This document shows positions 1 to 14,186 of a stretch of 64,000 bases of DNA, piece after piece. The notes below the pieces were generated by a model, which worked only from the letters and a program-made list of their open reading frames with translations, was not told where the DNA came from and did not search any database. Made by a program: the position numbers and the translations under genes. Each line of letters starts with the position of its first letter. The stretch's first letter is position 1. This DNA is from Octopus sinensis (lineage: Eukaryota), in contig NC_043003.1 of NCBI RefSeq assembly GCF_006345805.1, positions 112,282,001 to 112,346,000 of the forward strand. Direction: 5' to 3'.

Positions 1-440
1 CGAAAGTTTACAAAAAGAAGAGAACAAAAGTTTTGCAACAGCAGCCGGGAGTCGAACCGGTCAACTCAATACAGAAAAATAATTTAAAAAGTACACAAAT
101 ATGTTACAACAGAAGGAACCACAGTCAAAGTAGAACCTCCACGGAGAGTGTTAGAAGCGGAAAAAAGAAAAGCAATAATATACAAAACGTACAATCTTGA
201 AAACAGAAAAATAGACAGAATGGCTAATGAAACGGTGGGAAAAGGTTTATAACAAATATGGTCCGATACTGAATACTTAACACGCGGCAAAAAGTTTGGC
301 ACAATAGAGGAGAGAATGGTAAGTGAGGAAAATGCGCAATACCATCCAATCGAAACTTTAAAGATAGACAACAGGGAATTCATACCTATATATATGGGAA
401 GGAGAACATCAAGAATTCGAATAGGGAGTACCCACCGCAG
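1..440 (+). pseudogene. Possible degraded non-LTR retrotransposon ORF1-like fragment
   Basis: Purine-rich frame reading ...IIYKTYNLENRKIDRMANETVGKGL*QIWSDTEYLTRGKKFGTIEERMVSEE...FIPIYMGRRTSRIRIG with an internal stop. Resemblance to L1/Tx1-type ORF1 is an impression only; no diagnostic motif. Confidence 0.3.
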
Positions 441-725
441 GTGGACCCCAGTGGCTGATAGCAGCCGATACCATGAACCTGGACGACATTTGGTGTTTCT
501 CTGCTATGTTGAATTTTTGTTCATTTTATGTGTCTTGATTATACCTGCACTCACGATTAGAAAGTGCATTTTGTGCACTAACTATGAAATCATATGATTT
601 AGGCTGTATCTGTCTTTAGGGGCTCGCTTGAAGAGTTACATTCCCTCGCATTCGGTACACTGTATTTATTATGGTAGTTTTGACTTTAAGAGTCCCTCAT
701 AGCGTGAGCCATTTACGTGTAGCAA

Positions 726-769
<44 letters not shown>

Positions 770-1179
770 AGTGAGAGGTGAAGGGAGAGGAGATAAAATA
801 CTAATACAGTGAAGGAGAAGAATTGAAAGTAATTGCCATGACTGAGAGGGAGTGAGAGAAAGTAGTGATAGTAAGAAGAAATGGAAACGAAGTGGCAAAG
901 AGAGCGTTGTATGAATGAGAAAGGAAGGGGTGAAAGATGAATAACGAAGGAAAGATTTAAAAAGCCGATAAAAGGCGTTTGAAGTGTGAATATATGCGTG
1001 TGTAAAAAAAGAGAGATATGTTTGCGTGCGTGCGTGCCTGCGCGTGAGAGTGTGTGTGTGTGTGTACAATGGAGTTTGGATGATAAAGTTCAATGCTGAA
1101 AATGTGTGAGTATATGTAGATATGTATGTGCGTGAAAATGGGAACTATGTGGAACTATACATATACATGTAAAATAAAT

Positions 1180-1375
1180 AAAATCAGAATCGGTGCCATG
1201 TACCGGATCGATCCCAACATGTAATCAGTTTGTGCCAGTCACAGGTCTAAGCATCCCTGAAAGTTTCATCTGAATCCATCCACCGTTGAGATATCTTGTC
1301 CACGGACAAACAAAAAGACACAAACTCACACCACTGAAAACAATACCCCCGCCTTCGCAAAGGCGGGGGTAATAA
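1180..1375 (+). mobile_element. Non-autonomous Helentron/HINE-like element end
   Basis: AAAGTTTCATCTGAATCCATCC...ACGGACAAACAAA...GAAAACAA ends in a perfect 12-bp hairpin TACCCCCGCCTT-cgca-AAGGCGGGGGTA (1344-1371). This layout is typical of Helentron-associated short elements; left boundary approximate. Confidence 0.45.
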
Positions 1376-2949
1376 TAATTTCAGATTTAGTTACAAGGCC
1401 AGCAATTCTGAGGGTATGGATTATTCAGTTCCACCGACTTAAGTACTTCACTGGTATTGTATATTACACACTCTGAAAAGAATGAAAGGTAAAGGTGACA
1501 TAAACGAAATTTGAACTGAGAACGTCAAGAACAAATCTGCAAAATAATTTTCTCTGCTAGCTCGCGGCTTTTATATTTATTTCTTGTTGAGAAATTAGGC
1601 CAGTGATATTTTAGGGAACCACTAACTCAATGACCTTAACGCAAGTATTTTAACTGTTACGACCGGATAGATGAAGGGTAAAGTTGGGTAAAGATTAGAA
1701 GAAATCCTGTTGAGCAGCTTTATAGATACTGACAAGTCGCCAAGAAACGAAAAGAACCCTAAACCTGACCCTAACTGCGATAGCTAAAACGAAAGAAAGA
1801 AAGAGAAAGAAAATATAAATGCTGAGAAATATGTCAATACTCATGAAGGCGCATGCATTACATGTGAACTGCAACGTGTGAAATATTACAGTAGATTGTA
1901 AGTAATTATTTTACAGCATTGTTTTCAAATGATCACACTATAGGATAGATTATCTCAATCTGGAAACAGCAATAAATCTTATTCCTCGTTTTTAGTTTAT
2001 ATTATCATGAATACAACGAACGGAAGTAGGAAAAGCTAATGGATATTATCGTTAATATGATAACTGTAATATACACGTATCCACAAATCTAGTCACGATG
2101 GATCCCAGTATTTAATATCTAACATATTTCCACTGGACATGCAGAAATTAGTTTCAGGAAATCGTACGTAATATTAATTCTGTCTACAATATGTTTCAGA
2201 ATAAAGTATTAAAAAATATATATAATATAATAGAAAGATTTCGTTAACAAACAATTTGTAATTATTTTATCCCATTTCTGTCTTGTGTATGAATCGTTAC
2301 TGGTTTTTAGACACAGGGTATCTCTGAAATAGATTCAATATTCAAGGGATATTATTATTTAACGTTTTTACTCTTTCTGAGATAGGAGGGAGATATTTAA
2401 GGGAGATTAGCTGCTTTTGTAGAATGTGAAGGCGAGTCTGCCTTAAATCACAGCCTCTATTCTTAAAAATGAGTAAGGACACGTGCAGAAGCTCTTTCGT
2501 TTGGTCATGTTTGGTCATGACTTTCAAACCCAAAGGGGCGTGTTCATTGTTAATAATGGCCTAGGATGCATCAGAGTGTTGCAAGATGCTAACGGTGACC
2601 CAGCCGAATACCCATGTGTGGTAACAACGATCGCTTCAAAAGTACCACGCCTATTGATGCAACGATATTTTTTTCCAGTAACTTTGAATAATGCACATTA
2701 TACGGTTTAGAAATATGTTGGAGCGTGTCTCTGTTAAGATATTTGGGACATACAGTTTACAGGTTATTGCAGAGGACGTCCTTTGCGTAAGTGGGCTCTG
2801 ACACGTTTGGATATGCTAGAGTGTGTTGTATTCGAAAGAACTTAATAGGAAATATCTTTGAATTTTCCCATGAGAAATGTACATCAAGAGCCTCGCAGAA
2901 TCTATCACCTGTCATTTGAAAACTGATAGAGCGGGGACGAAAACTTTTC

Positions 2950-3640
2950 TTTCCTCAAGGAAGCAGCCTTTCAAACATTACCATCTACTTAATTATCGTC
3001 TAAATTTCTAAAGTTTCTAAGATGGTGCAATCTATCGCTAATAATAACTTTCTCAAATATATTGTGTCTCTTCAACTCTTTCGTTAAAACCAGGGTCTTT
3101 CGTAGATACACATGTAATCGTTAGGTGTTTCCCTGCCTCACTCATTAAGTATCTCTCTCATTCAAAACTGCTGAGAAGGTAAAAAAGGTATGGCTGACTT
3201 CAGTTATGTCCTTAAGTGTATTCATACAAGAACCTTCAAGGTAAGCTGCCTACCGCTACATTTCATCATGCTCTGAAATCTTCGGCTAGATGATTATTTT
3301 TTTTTACTCCTCCACCCATGTGTGGATTAACTAGCCTTACTTGGTCCAACGCTCCAGGTTTGATTACATCCCCAACGGTCTTGTATCCCTCCATGTTCGA
3401 TTACATCCCCAAAGCTTTCCCGCCTGTATATTAACGACTTGTCTTCTGTCTCATCTAGCGCCGCTAATTCTTCGGCAGATGATACAAATCATCACTTTAC
3501 CTTAACGTAACACATATAAGGATTACATCCATGTATTTTCAACACAAGTCCAAATCTACACTGATTCTATAAATCATTTCCTTCAACACAAGAAATACAC
3601 AATTCGATGACATCAAATAAGCATCAAAGTATTATACGCA
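2950..3640 (+). pseudogene. Highly degraded CR1/L2-type LINE reverse transcriptase fragment
   Basis: 3424-3489 reads LYINDLSSVSSSAANSSADDTN, matching the RT pattern YINDL...(F/Y)ADDT; flanks too decayed to place exactly. Confidence 0.45.
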
Positions 3641-3722
3641 ATCCGTTAAATGTTGCTACAAAATCGTTTCAAACACAAGCCTAAAAATCTGATTTTACTT
3701 ACTTGGGGTGTGCATATATACA

Positions 3723-3951
3723 CAGCTGTGGGCAAAAGTTTGGAACATATTTGAAAAAAATTAAAATCGTTATGCTCAAGTACAATTCGCTTCAAATATA
3801 TACGGTGTAGAGATATACTTACCAAATAACTGATCCAATAATTCAATATCTGGAAGAATAAGCAAAATCCAAAATATAGTTGTAGACCAAATTGCTTACA
3901 GTTAATAAATGTAATTTTCGGACCTATATTCCAAACTTTTGGCCACGACTG
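3723..3951. mobile_element. Tc1/mariner-type MITE
   Basis: Imperfect TIRs CAGCTGTGGGCAAAAGTTTGGAA / TTCCAAACTTTTGGCCACGACTG, followed by TA on the right; about 230 bp, non-coding. Confidence 0.7.
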
Positions 3952-3958
3952 TAATATA

Positions 3959-4193
3959 TATTTCTTTACTACCCACAAGGGGCCAAACACAGAGGGAACA
4001 AACAAGGACAGACACAGGGATTAAGTCGATTACATCGACCCCAGTGCGTAACTGGTAATGAATTTATCGACCCCGAAAGGATGAAAGGTAAAGTCGACCT
4101 CGGCGGAATTTGAACACAGGACGTAACGGCAGACGAAATACGGCTACGCATTTCGCCTGGCGTGTTAACTCTTCTGCCAGCTCGCCGCCCCAA
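3959..4193 (-). mobile_element. tRNA-headed SINE family A, monomer
   Basis: Head GGCGGCGAGCTGGCAGAA...GTTCAAATTCC (A/B-box-like) plus core GTCGACTTTACCTTTCATCCTTTCGGGGTCGATAAATT; TSD GACTGTAATATA at 3947-3958 and 4194-4205; homologous copies elsewhere in window. Confidence 0.85.
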
Positions 4194-5584
4194 GACTGTA
4201 ATATAAGTAAACTTACATTCAGGAATCAATTTTTCTTCAGGTCCGAAAAGAACTTCTGATCAAGATATATGACAAAAGGTATTTATTAATGATAAATAGA
4301 ATACATTTCATATGATGTTTGCTTAGCTGATAATTACAGTTTGATTAATTGTCTCTTAGTTACACGGAATACGATATACCATTACGACATATAAATTACT
4401 GTTTACTTGCTCCTAATAATATTGCTATTCAAGTTACATTTCGAAATATGATATTAAAAATCCTTTGACATCGGGGGAAAGAGGTTAATTAGTACTTGAG
4501 TAATTGTCATCGGTTGTTTTGATGAAATGTCAGATTATCTGTTTGTTTTCAATACTCGCCACGAAATTTCAAGTCTATATCAATTATTTCACTTCTAACA
4601 AGCTTTAATGTCTACTTAAGCTAACATACTTCACTTGACTTCTTATGAAACATATACAAAAACATTACTTAAATACGCACACATATATTTGGGTGTGCGT
4701 GTGTGTGAGAGTGCGAGCGTGCGCGTGTGATTATTTAGTTTTCTTTGTAGAATATTCGCCAGTGGAGAAAGAGGAAAGAGATGGTTACTAAACTATATCC
4801 AAGGCCCCCTTCATTGTAATATGAACATGAGCAGGGCTGTGCATGTCTGCATGTATGTATATGTGTTAGTAGTCAGCGTCGGTGTAGGTGCAGATCTGTA
4901 TCATCTGCTTTAAGTATGTATACTCATAAAAACAGTTCCAAGTACTTACATACTTATATACTTATATATTAAACTTTTAGAAAAAGTTCACACATTTTGA
5001 CAGTTCTATTGATGATCTTAACCCGTAACCACTGATGGCTTGTGTCTGTATATATACATAGATATATCTATGCATGTAAACGCGTGCGTTGATGGCAAAA
5101 TATGTAAATAACGAAGCAGATTAATAAAAATAGAAAAAAATAGATAGGAAATGGATAGATTATTAGAAAAGTAAAGACTTCCTTTCTTTCTAATTAACTA
5201 ATTACCATATAGGTAATTATGCATGTATGTATTTGTACGTGTGATTGAATTTATATATTATGTGTATACTGTGTTTCTAGTTAAGTACAACATATAACAA
5301 TGAATAAAAAATATATATTTTAACTGAATATATAGAAATTGAGTATTGAGTATACAGGGAAACATTTTTGAAAATGTTTTAGTTAGCTTGCTTCTTACAA
5401 CCAGACATAATTAGATGGTGCTAGGTGCATAAATACCCTAAGACATTTTATATCACGCCATGATTTTTGTTAAATATATTATTTTACCAAAAACAACACT
5501 GTTTATAGTTTAGAACATGCATTACACAAAATATCTAATTTCATATCTTAAGACTTATTTTTGTCAGTCATGCTCCAGCTAGTA

Positions 5585-6263
5585 AAGGAGTGAACTTTCT
5601 CTTTGCTGCTTAGCACGAATTACTTACATCGTGAGAGTCTCTTTGTTGACACTAGCAGTGGTCAGCCAACATACTAATGTTCCACCTGCTTTGATATCTT
5701 ATCTCCATGGTCTTGACGTTTTAGTGGAATCATTCTCCTTGCTCATCACTCATTACACTATGATTTCTAAGGAAGTAGTCCAGATAACCGTTCAGGGAAT
5801 TCACTTTTACTCACACGTTGCATCCCATTGTTCGAAAGCTGGTTAACAGAGTGTTCGCAAGTTCTTTATAATGTCACGATATTTCGTTTGCTAAGAGATC
5901 AAACACAACTGAACCAAAAGCATACCACGCTTCTTTTTAAGCGGCAGACTTCTCGTCCTGCAGTAGCCACCTAGTCCGTGGCCCGTCAAATCTACCAAAC
6001 TCAATAGTCTCATAGGACAAGGCTGAAAACTTTCTGCTTAAATTTTCGAAACGTTCCCTCTCTCAGTGTTTCTAAACATGTTTTTCGGACTATTTGGGGT
6101 GCGGAGGCTTTGTCATGATCATCTCGTTTCAAGCCAAAGTAAGATAAGCTTTCTTTACAGAATCTGTGATTTTGTTTCGTTGCTCAGTTAAAGTGTAACA
6201 TCCACAGATATAGCTGTATAGATCAAGCCGGTTTTTGCATTTTCTTGTCTCACAACTGGTCAT
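5585..6263 (-). pseudogene. Internally deleted Chapaev3-like (CMC superfamily) transposase remnant
   Basis: The N-terminus MTSCETRKCKNRLDLYSYICGCYTLTEQRNKITDSVKKAY..GLKRDDHDKASAPQIVRKTCLETLR is joined almost directly to the C-terminus GRFDGP...KEAWYAF...MGCNV*VK...YLDYF...SDEQGE*FH*NVKTMEIRYQSRWNISMLADHC. Both match motifs I recall for this family; multiple stops. Confidence 0.7.
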
Positions 6264-7513
6264 ATTTCTGAAGTACAAAACATATATTCATGCCAGTTGT
6301 CACATAAGGAAATTATTCTCGGAATTATAAACAAGTATCAAATAAGCAAATGCTGATTTGTGGTGGAAAAGTTCCATGAAGAGCATATATAACATGAAGT
6401 TCTTTCTACAGTTCCTTGACAATATTTTCCAAAAGTGACCATCACCTATGTGATCTCACAGTTACAATATTAAGACTGCATTCAAAAGGCCATTTTTTCA
6501 TAACATACTGTTAACTTTGTAGCAAAACATGCCTCACCTGGTTTGCAAGGAGAGTCTCAACAAATCAAGCATAGCAAATTCCACAAATATGAAACATGTA
6601 TGATATCAACGACCATAGAAATATGATTTTTATTAACATCAAATTGTATAAAGAAAATTTCTATCATCTTCACGACTTTTACAACGGGTTAGATTGAAAA
6701 TAGTATGCGTTTCATTGCTAATATAGACTAGACTAAGCGGAACAAGGGCACACACGAGGACGGAAAGTGTCGCTGAAGAGGTGACAGATGTGTGACGAAA
6801 GATTTCCGGACAATAGTCATGAGTTAAAATAAAAACAATAATAAATAAGTGAAGAACGAATATATAGTGCGTGAGTTTACTTGGAAAAAAATGACCATCC
6901 CGAAATACAATATCTGTTTCGACACACGGTTTCACATCAGGAATCTTGCAACAAAAATTTATAAACGTTACTTAAATCATGACTTTTGTTTTCCCTTTTC
7001 TAGTCATTTTTTAATGGTATTCAAAAACTATGTTTTAAAATTATTTGTTTAGGCTCTATATATGGGTTTGCATTTGATGAAGCCAAATCTATTTTTAGAT
7101 GCTTTTGAAAAATCCCACATTGCAGTTTGTAAGAAATCTTAACGTGATAGCGCAAAATGGATTTCATTTCTGAAATTAGCCCCCCAAATTATTTGGAACA
7201 CCAGACGACAAATACCATGTTCCTCGGCGTCATTTACATGTGATAGTTAAAGAAGTCAATCTGGTAAAGTTAATGATTTACCAAGAGAACAAAAAGTGGT
7301 AGTTCGAACCTTTGAAAAAGTTAAATGGTTGTGATATATTTACTAAAGACAATTTAACAACCCACATTCTGTTAAGTAAAAATGCGATGTTTACTGCAAT
7401 GAGGACTCCATTAATGTTATATCAAAAGAAAACTTTGAGATGTTTTTATTTTAACAAGTAAACTGCTGCCCTACAATTATATGTAAAATATTCGTATAGT
7501 GTATATAGAGATA

Positions 7514-7678
7514 AGCGTAGGAGTGGCTGTGTGGTATGTAGCTTGCTAACCAACCACATGGTTCTGGGTTCAGTCTCACTGTGTGGCATCTTGGGCAAGT
7601 GTCTTCTGCTATATCCCCGGGCCGACCAATGCCTTGTGAGTGGATTAGGTAGGCAGAAACTGAAAGAAGCCTGTCGTA

Positions 7679-7725
<47 letters not shown>

Positions 7726-7940
7726 TTGTGTGTCTGTGTTTGTTCCCCTAGCATTGCTTGACAACCGATGCTGGTGTGTTTACGTCCCCGTGACTTAGCG
7801 GTTCGGCAAAAGAGACCGATAGAACAAGAACTCGGCTTACAAAGTGTAAGTCCTGGGGTCGATTTGCTCGACTAAAGGCGGTGCTCCAGCATGGCCTCAG
7901 TCAAATAATTGAAACATGTAAAAGTGTAAAAGAGGAAAAG
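7514..7940 (+). mobile_element. tRNA-headed SINE family B with internal (TA)n(TG)n
   Basis: Head GCGTAGGAGTGGCTGTGTGGTA...GGTTCAGTC, body CTTGGGCAAGTGTCTTCT...GAAACTGAAAGAAGCC, tail ...CTCCAGCATGGCC...TAAAAGAG; partial homologues near 48925-49230 and 54000-54245. Confidence 0.8.
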
Positions 7941-8654
7941 AGTATAGTGTATATATAGCTTAAAATGTCGATCAGAAGTGTTGTCAGCATCTTTTGAGAA
8001 GGCTGCAACCAATGTCCTTGCCTGGCGGTGGAAATTCAATGAGGTTAGTGTTCTCAATTGTTGTGGTCTTTCTGTGACTGACACTATAGAAACTTCCTGA
8101 CACGCAACGAAGCCTGAAATGCCCGTAACTAGATTTTCAAGATCTGACAATCAAGTAATTCAATGTCTACATGGTCGGTTTTGCTGAGGGCGTATGTAGA
8201 AAGGATTCTTATTTGTGGTACTGGAACATAGACAATGAAGAAGGAGCGTCAAATTAGTCTCGACGATGCGACACCAGGCTTGTCATGAGAAATTAAGAAA
8301 TTTTATGACATGATCAGCAGACGAAATCGGAGTTACGTGGAAACGTTCCACCAATCTCTACTGTTGTTCAATGCGGAATATTCCATGCTGACCATAATTA
8401 TCGTGCTATGCATGAGGCCATATTTGATAATATATTTCTGGGAGTTTCTCACGTTGATATGAATGAATACCTCTCAGCTACATTGATATTATTGGCATAG
8501 GCACACAAGACGAAATTGAGGAATTGAAGATTTACCAAAAGTTAATGAAGGACAGATTACTGGAGAGGTGTGGTGTAACACACCTGGTTTGCTGTAGTTT
8601 GAAGGAAGAAGGGGAGGAGTAGGAGCAAGAGGATGAGCAAGAGCAGAAAGAGAT

Positions 8655-8802
8655 GAGGATGATGAAGACGACGACGACGACGAAGAAGAAGAAAGAGAAA
8701 AAAAAAGAAAATGAAAAGGAAGAAGTAGCAGCAGTAGCAGTAGCAGCGACAACAGCAAAGTGACAGCAGAAGCAACAGCAGCAGCAGCAGCAGTAGCAGT
8801 GA

Positions 8803-8851
<49 letters not shown>
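8655..8851. repeat. Compound trinucleotide microsatellite (GAT/GAC/GAA/GCA/GTA)
   Basis: Visible runs; explains the poly-T/A/L/S/V ORFs. Confidence 0.9.
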
Positions 8852-8852
<1 letters not shown>

Positions 8853-11800
8853 TTTTTTGTTGTTGTATTTAAGTCTCTATACATTTACAAAACTGATATT
8901 CTACAATCTATGTTGCAACCGTTGGGTCAAAATAACGCTTGGAGTATGTTTCGCCAAGTTTGAGGCGACTATGCCAATAGTTAAATTTAAAAGTGAGGTT
9001 TTCATCGCGTAATCTAGTCTTGTTATTTTAGTGGGATTCAGGAGTCAACAAAGTAATGCAGTTGCACTAAAAGAAGCATATGAACAATTATAATATGGCT
9101 ATGGATTGGCTGCTAAAATGCGCATGAATTTATCATATCTATTGCCTTTTAAGTCAAAATCGGCCTCTGTGAGCAGGTCCCTAATCCAAACGATAAACTG
9201 ATTTCCATTCTGTCTTTCTGCTTTCCTGTATCGTATATCTGACATTGATAGATTAACACTCTGAAGAGAGCAGGACTCGTTAAATTGACCATATACAGCT
9301 GATTCTGTTTGCTCGTTCTTATTGTTGTTGTTGTAGTGACTGCTGTTTTTAAGTGGTGACGATTGGGTTGGCATGGTGGTTTGTTAGTGGTGATGGTGAT
9401 GGTGATGGTGATGGTGATGATGTTTTTCAACGTCATAACGGCCTTGATTAAGCAAACCGAAATAATATAAACATGGTTATCCCGAATGTTTCAGAGCATT
9501 TGCGATTAAATGAGTGAATACGTCTTCCTTTTCTTAAGACGGTAGTATCGGAGTTGAGAAAAATTTAGCTACCATCTTTAGCATGTAGAGTAATCAGGTA
9601 AAACATTCCTCACTTGTTTGTGTTAGACGTTGTTTCCTGATCAGTAAAATATTTCCTTTCTAAAACTGATGCAGAAAATGTTTATAAAATTTGGAACATT
9701 ATTGCATAAGTATGAGTAGCTGTTACTGTCAGTCGCACCATCGGATACATACAAAAGCATCATTGTAGCTTGATATTAAGAGTAATTCAAGTTTTATTAA
9801 AACTGCGATATCTCTTATGAAATGTTCCACCAAAAGGCTAAAAGGATCGCTATTGACAGCAAAAATGACTGACTTTATTTTTGGATTTTGATGTGCACAG
9901 GTTCGTTCATATCATGCCTTTGTAAGAAAATTTATTGTTTTTTTTCTTTAAGTTCTTACCATAAACACTAAAATCTACGTAGAAACAATCATGAAAATTG
10001 TTGTTGGGTTCCAGTTATTGACAATGTACTACTTATAGTTCCTCACTTACAGAAAATTCACGTTCGAGGTAGCCATCATTATACTAATTAATTCATCCAA
10101 TATGCAATACACATACCAATGATTACTATGAAATAAAGGACCAAAAGATACGACTCGAACCATGAGAATAAAATGGCTAATTAACACTGCTACAACACCC
10201 AGACCTATAGATTTTTCTCTTATCAAAACAAAGGTCGTTTTGGAGCCCAAATATTTTTGTGAAGCTTACATGTGTTGAAGATTTGCGTTCTATCATGGTT
10301 CTTATTTAAGATATGTATGGTATGCTTTAAGCAATTTGGAAACCCGCAAGCATATGGTTATGAACCGATTATAGTAGAATCAACTTCACAAGTTATATTA
10401 ACGAGGCGTGTTTTGTAATTGGTACAGAAAGTGATTTCTGTCCAATTAAGTATTTATTCATTAGCAATTTTTAGAGGAATCGCATTAAAGTTACATCAAT
10501 GAGAATTCGTTTTAAAGCATATCACAAATTAGCAAACTTAAGTGTTTACTTTGGTTTGACATTTGGTTAACATAGATGTCATTGTTTCATGTCACTGTGA
10601 CAATTTTGGACATCACTAGAAAATATTAAGTCCATATCATTACATTGCTGATGAACGATAAGAGTTAAATATATTAATCACTTTGAAAGACCGAGTATTC
10701 CGCTGATATTCTACGGCACAGTTTATCTGAAGATTTTCTGATGAGCAGTTCTCACCTACGTAGACTAAGAAAACGTGTTAGGGAAAAACACGTTATTTAA
10801 ATATTAGGTAGTTTTATAATACCTTTCTTCCTTTCTATCATACTTTTATGTAAAGGCACAATCTGGTAAATTTCAGGTGTTGAAAAACGTTACTTATAGT
10901 TTGGAAAACGCATATGTAGCGGCTACCATAACACCTTACTGAGACATATAACCGATATGACACTTCAGAAAACAGACATTTATATTCTTCAATTTTAGGG
11001 AAAGTGTTAACTGGCAATGAAAAACGAACACATATATACACATAGATTTCTTTTGTTTTTGTGACAAAGTTTCTGGATACAAATCTAATACCGAATAATA
11101 TCAAAGACCATTTTAATTAATTAATGAAGAAATATAAGCTAAATCTTGAAAGGAAATTTCTAAATATCAAATAAATCACCGAAGGGAAATTTTGACTGGG
11201 GACATTAAAGATTAGATTATCTACATAATTACATTGATCTCTAGAATAATTATGTTAGTTTTGCACAAAAGTGTAATATTAGTCTAATCAGCGTTATAGA
11301 GGGAAAATGTCTTCGCTCGTAAGAACCATTATTGAATTGAAACCAAATAAAGCATTGAGTATTCAATATTTTTCATCACGGATTTGCTAACGTCATATTT
11401 CATATAGGATATATATTGAGGAACGTATGAGGAACTAGATCATAAATAATATCATTCTTAGAACGATATTATGGGGAAATGCTCTTTTACTCCACATAAG
11501 GCACGGGAATTTCAATTCTTTCATATAACTATGTATGTGTAATTATATGTGTGAGTGAGTGTGTAGTAGCATGCTTTAGCCACTTGGATAATCAGAATAT
11601 GATTATTTAATATATAGCTAGGAAAACATGTTTAATATTTATTAATTGTATATCTTCGTAACTCTAAATATCATATCTCTATATTATGAGACCTAGAATT
11701 GACCCTTGGTTCTTCAGTTGTCAAGTTTGCACTACGCGTAGATCACACTCAAGTCATGTCTCGTGTCCTGATTATCAACCAATCAGCTTGCAACGATATC

Positions 11801-12508
11801 ATGCTATATCATGAATTAATCGAGTGCTCTATGAGCTTTTACCGTACCTTTCTTATTATTAAAGCGAAAGCTCATCATGAAAAATTACAGAGGTTGTAAT
11901 AGTTATCGGAGAACAGACATTTTAATCTTTTGCCAAACAGCGTCAAAGTTTTCCTTGTTGAATTTCATCCAGTAGGACAAAAGTCTTCATGTATAACGAT
12001 GAACCAACCATTTCTTTGCTTCTCGAGCCTTACTCATCGTATCGTCGCTCTCGATATTAGTTATACTAAAGCTCGTTTCTCATGTCCTACATTTCTACCA
12101 GGAATTATTCATATATGTTTAATAATTCCCACTATAAATATATTCTATTATGTTCGCGTCTGTCCATTACCGGATAACAAGCAGCAAAAACAGCAACTCA
12201 TAACAACTAACCAATGGGCCAGTGACATTGGTTACAACGTAGCATCATCACCGCGAAACAGGGATGCTGGATACCGATCAAACAATACAAAGTCAAGCAC
12301 TGACGTAAATCGTAAATCATTGTGTTCGACGTTTTTTTTTTTTGGAGTCCTGTACCCATATATGCATGTATATATACATGTAGAGGTAGGTACGTACATA
12401 TATGTATGTATATATGCATATGTTTTATTTATTTTAATATATTATATGACGGAACGCATGCATCCATTTCTAAGTAAGATTGTTCTATATATATATATAT
12501 ATATATAT

Positions 12509-14186
12509 TGATAAAACGGTAAGATAACAAAAGAAAGAAAGAGACCTCAATATTATGTAAATAGAGGAAATTTATCTATACAATATGTTACATTACTCGT
12601 AGTCAAGATAAAACTCTGAGTTTCAGATGCCGAAGTGGAAATCCACAACACCATCACTTCGGTTATCTGGCTATTTGAAAACGTTATGAAAAAATACCGT
12701 TAAAAATGAAGGGAAATTACTCTGTTATAACTCTGCTTTGCCTGCGTACTTATACATCGCTCGCATTTTTCGTCATAAAAATTATATAAAAATACATAAA
12801 AATATATAAAAATATATAAAAATATATAAAATCTTCTTGGGACATAACACAGAAAGCATGTTCTATCCGTTTTCTTTAGGGGACCAAAAACGTAACAGAA
12901 TTTAGTCACATGTGGGCATGATCCGAAAAGCTCTGTCCTTGTATTTAGACATGTGGTAGGGTCTAAGCTGCTTTTCCAGATAAGCCATCTCTCCATGTCG
13001 CATAAACCGCACCTTCCGCTGCCGTTAGTATAGGGCTTACATCTGGCCAAAATCTTCCATTGTATGTTATAATCGACACCTTTATCTCTTAAAGACCAAA
13101 TATGATTGGATAATTGTGTCGCTTTTCTTTTGTTCCAGTGCCTAAAGCTCAAAGTGTGGTTATTGAACCTGGCCTTGAAATTACCCTCTGTCAGGCCCAC
13201 GTATTTCTTCGTCGAAACGGTGTCTTTAGTGGTTATAGAGTTTACGGTAGCTTCATATATGATGGTCTTGGACATGCAAGCTCCATTTAGCGCGGGCATA
13301 AGTCTTTATTCCTGCATGAACAGCTGTTTTCTTCTTGTGTTTTTTGTATGTTATGATTGATTATGTTTTTAAAATTGGTAGTTGAACTAAAACTAATTTT
13401 TAAATTGTGTCTATTAAAGAGTTTCCTATAAGCATGGTTAACTGGAAAATGTCTATCTATCAGTGCTAGGAAATATTTACCTATATTGAAGGCCACCTCG
13501 GGTGAGTAAGGGGGCGTAAACCAGATGACCTTCCTATTTCTATTATTCCTTTTCCTTATTGTTGGGCTGGTGATAGGTGTATATTTTATTTTTTTCGCTA
13601 AAACCACTATCTTTTAAAGCTTTATTATAAACTGGGGCAACGCTATTGAAGATGTCCTCATTAGATGAGAGGCTAGAAATCCTCTTACTAATATTTTTAA
13701 CTAATTTTTGAATACTATAGGGGGATGGCATGAACCTACATTAATATAACTTAGTCTATCATTGGGCTTCCTATAAGGCTTATAAATATTATTATTAAGA
13801 TCTAAGGAAACGTCTAAGAAATTGACAACCGTCAGGTTAGTGTCTATAGTTATACTAAGTCCGAAGTGTTTCATTAACTGGATAATATCCTTCCTAAAAC
13901 GATCTTGTGCTGGTCCTATGTCCCAAGAAGATTTTATATATTTTTATATATTTTTATATATTTTTATGTATTTTTATATAATTTTTATGACGAAAAATGC
14001 GAGCGATGTATAAGTACGCAGGCAAAGCAGAGTTATAACAGAGTAATTTCCCTTCATTTTTAACGGTATTTTTTCATAACGTTTTCAAATAGCCAGATAA
14101 CCGAAGAGATGGTGTTGTGGATTTCCACTTCGGCATCTGAAACTCAGAGTTTTATCTTGACTACCGAGTAATGTAACATATTGTAT

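Noticed and set aside
1344-1380. Rho-independent terminator
   Set aside because: Eukaryotic context and no U-tract; better explained as a transposon end hairpin.
9099-9436. 91-aa minus-strand ORF with Kozak-like ACCACCATG behind a poly-His-like run
   Set aside because: An in-frame TAA separates the (CACCAT)n run from the ORF; no recognisable domain or splice support.
11930-12511. 193-aa plus-strand ORF
   Set aside because: Non-ATG start, no motif, and it ends in low-complexity sequence.
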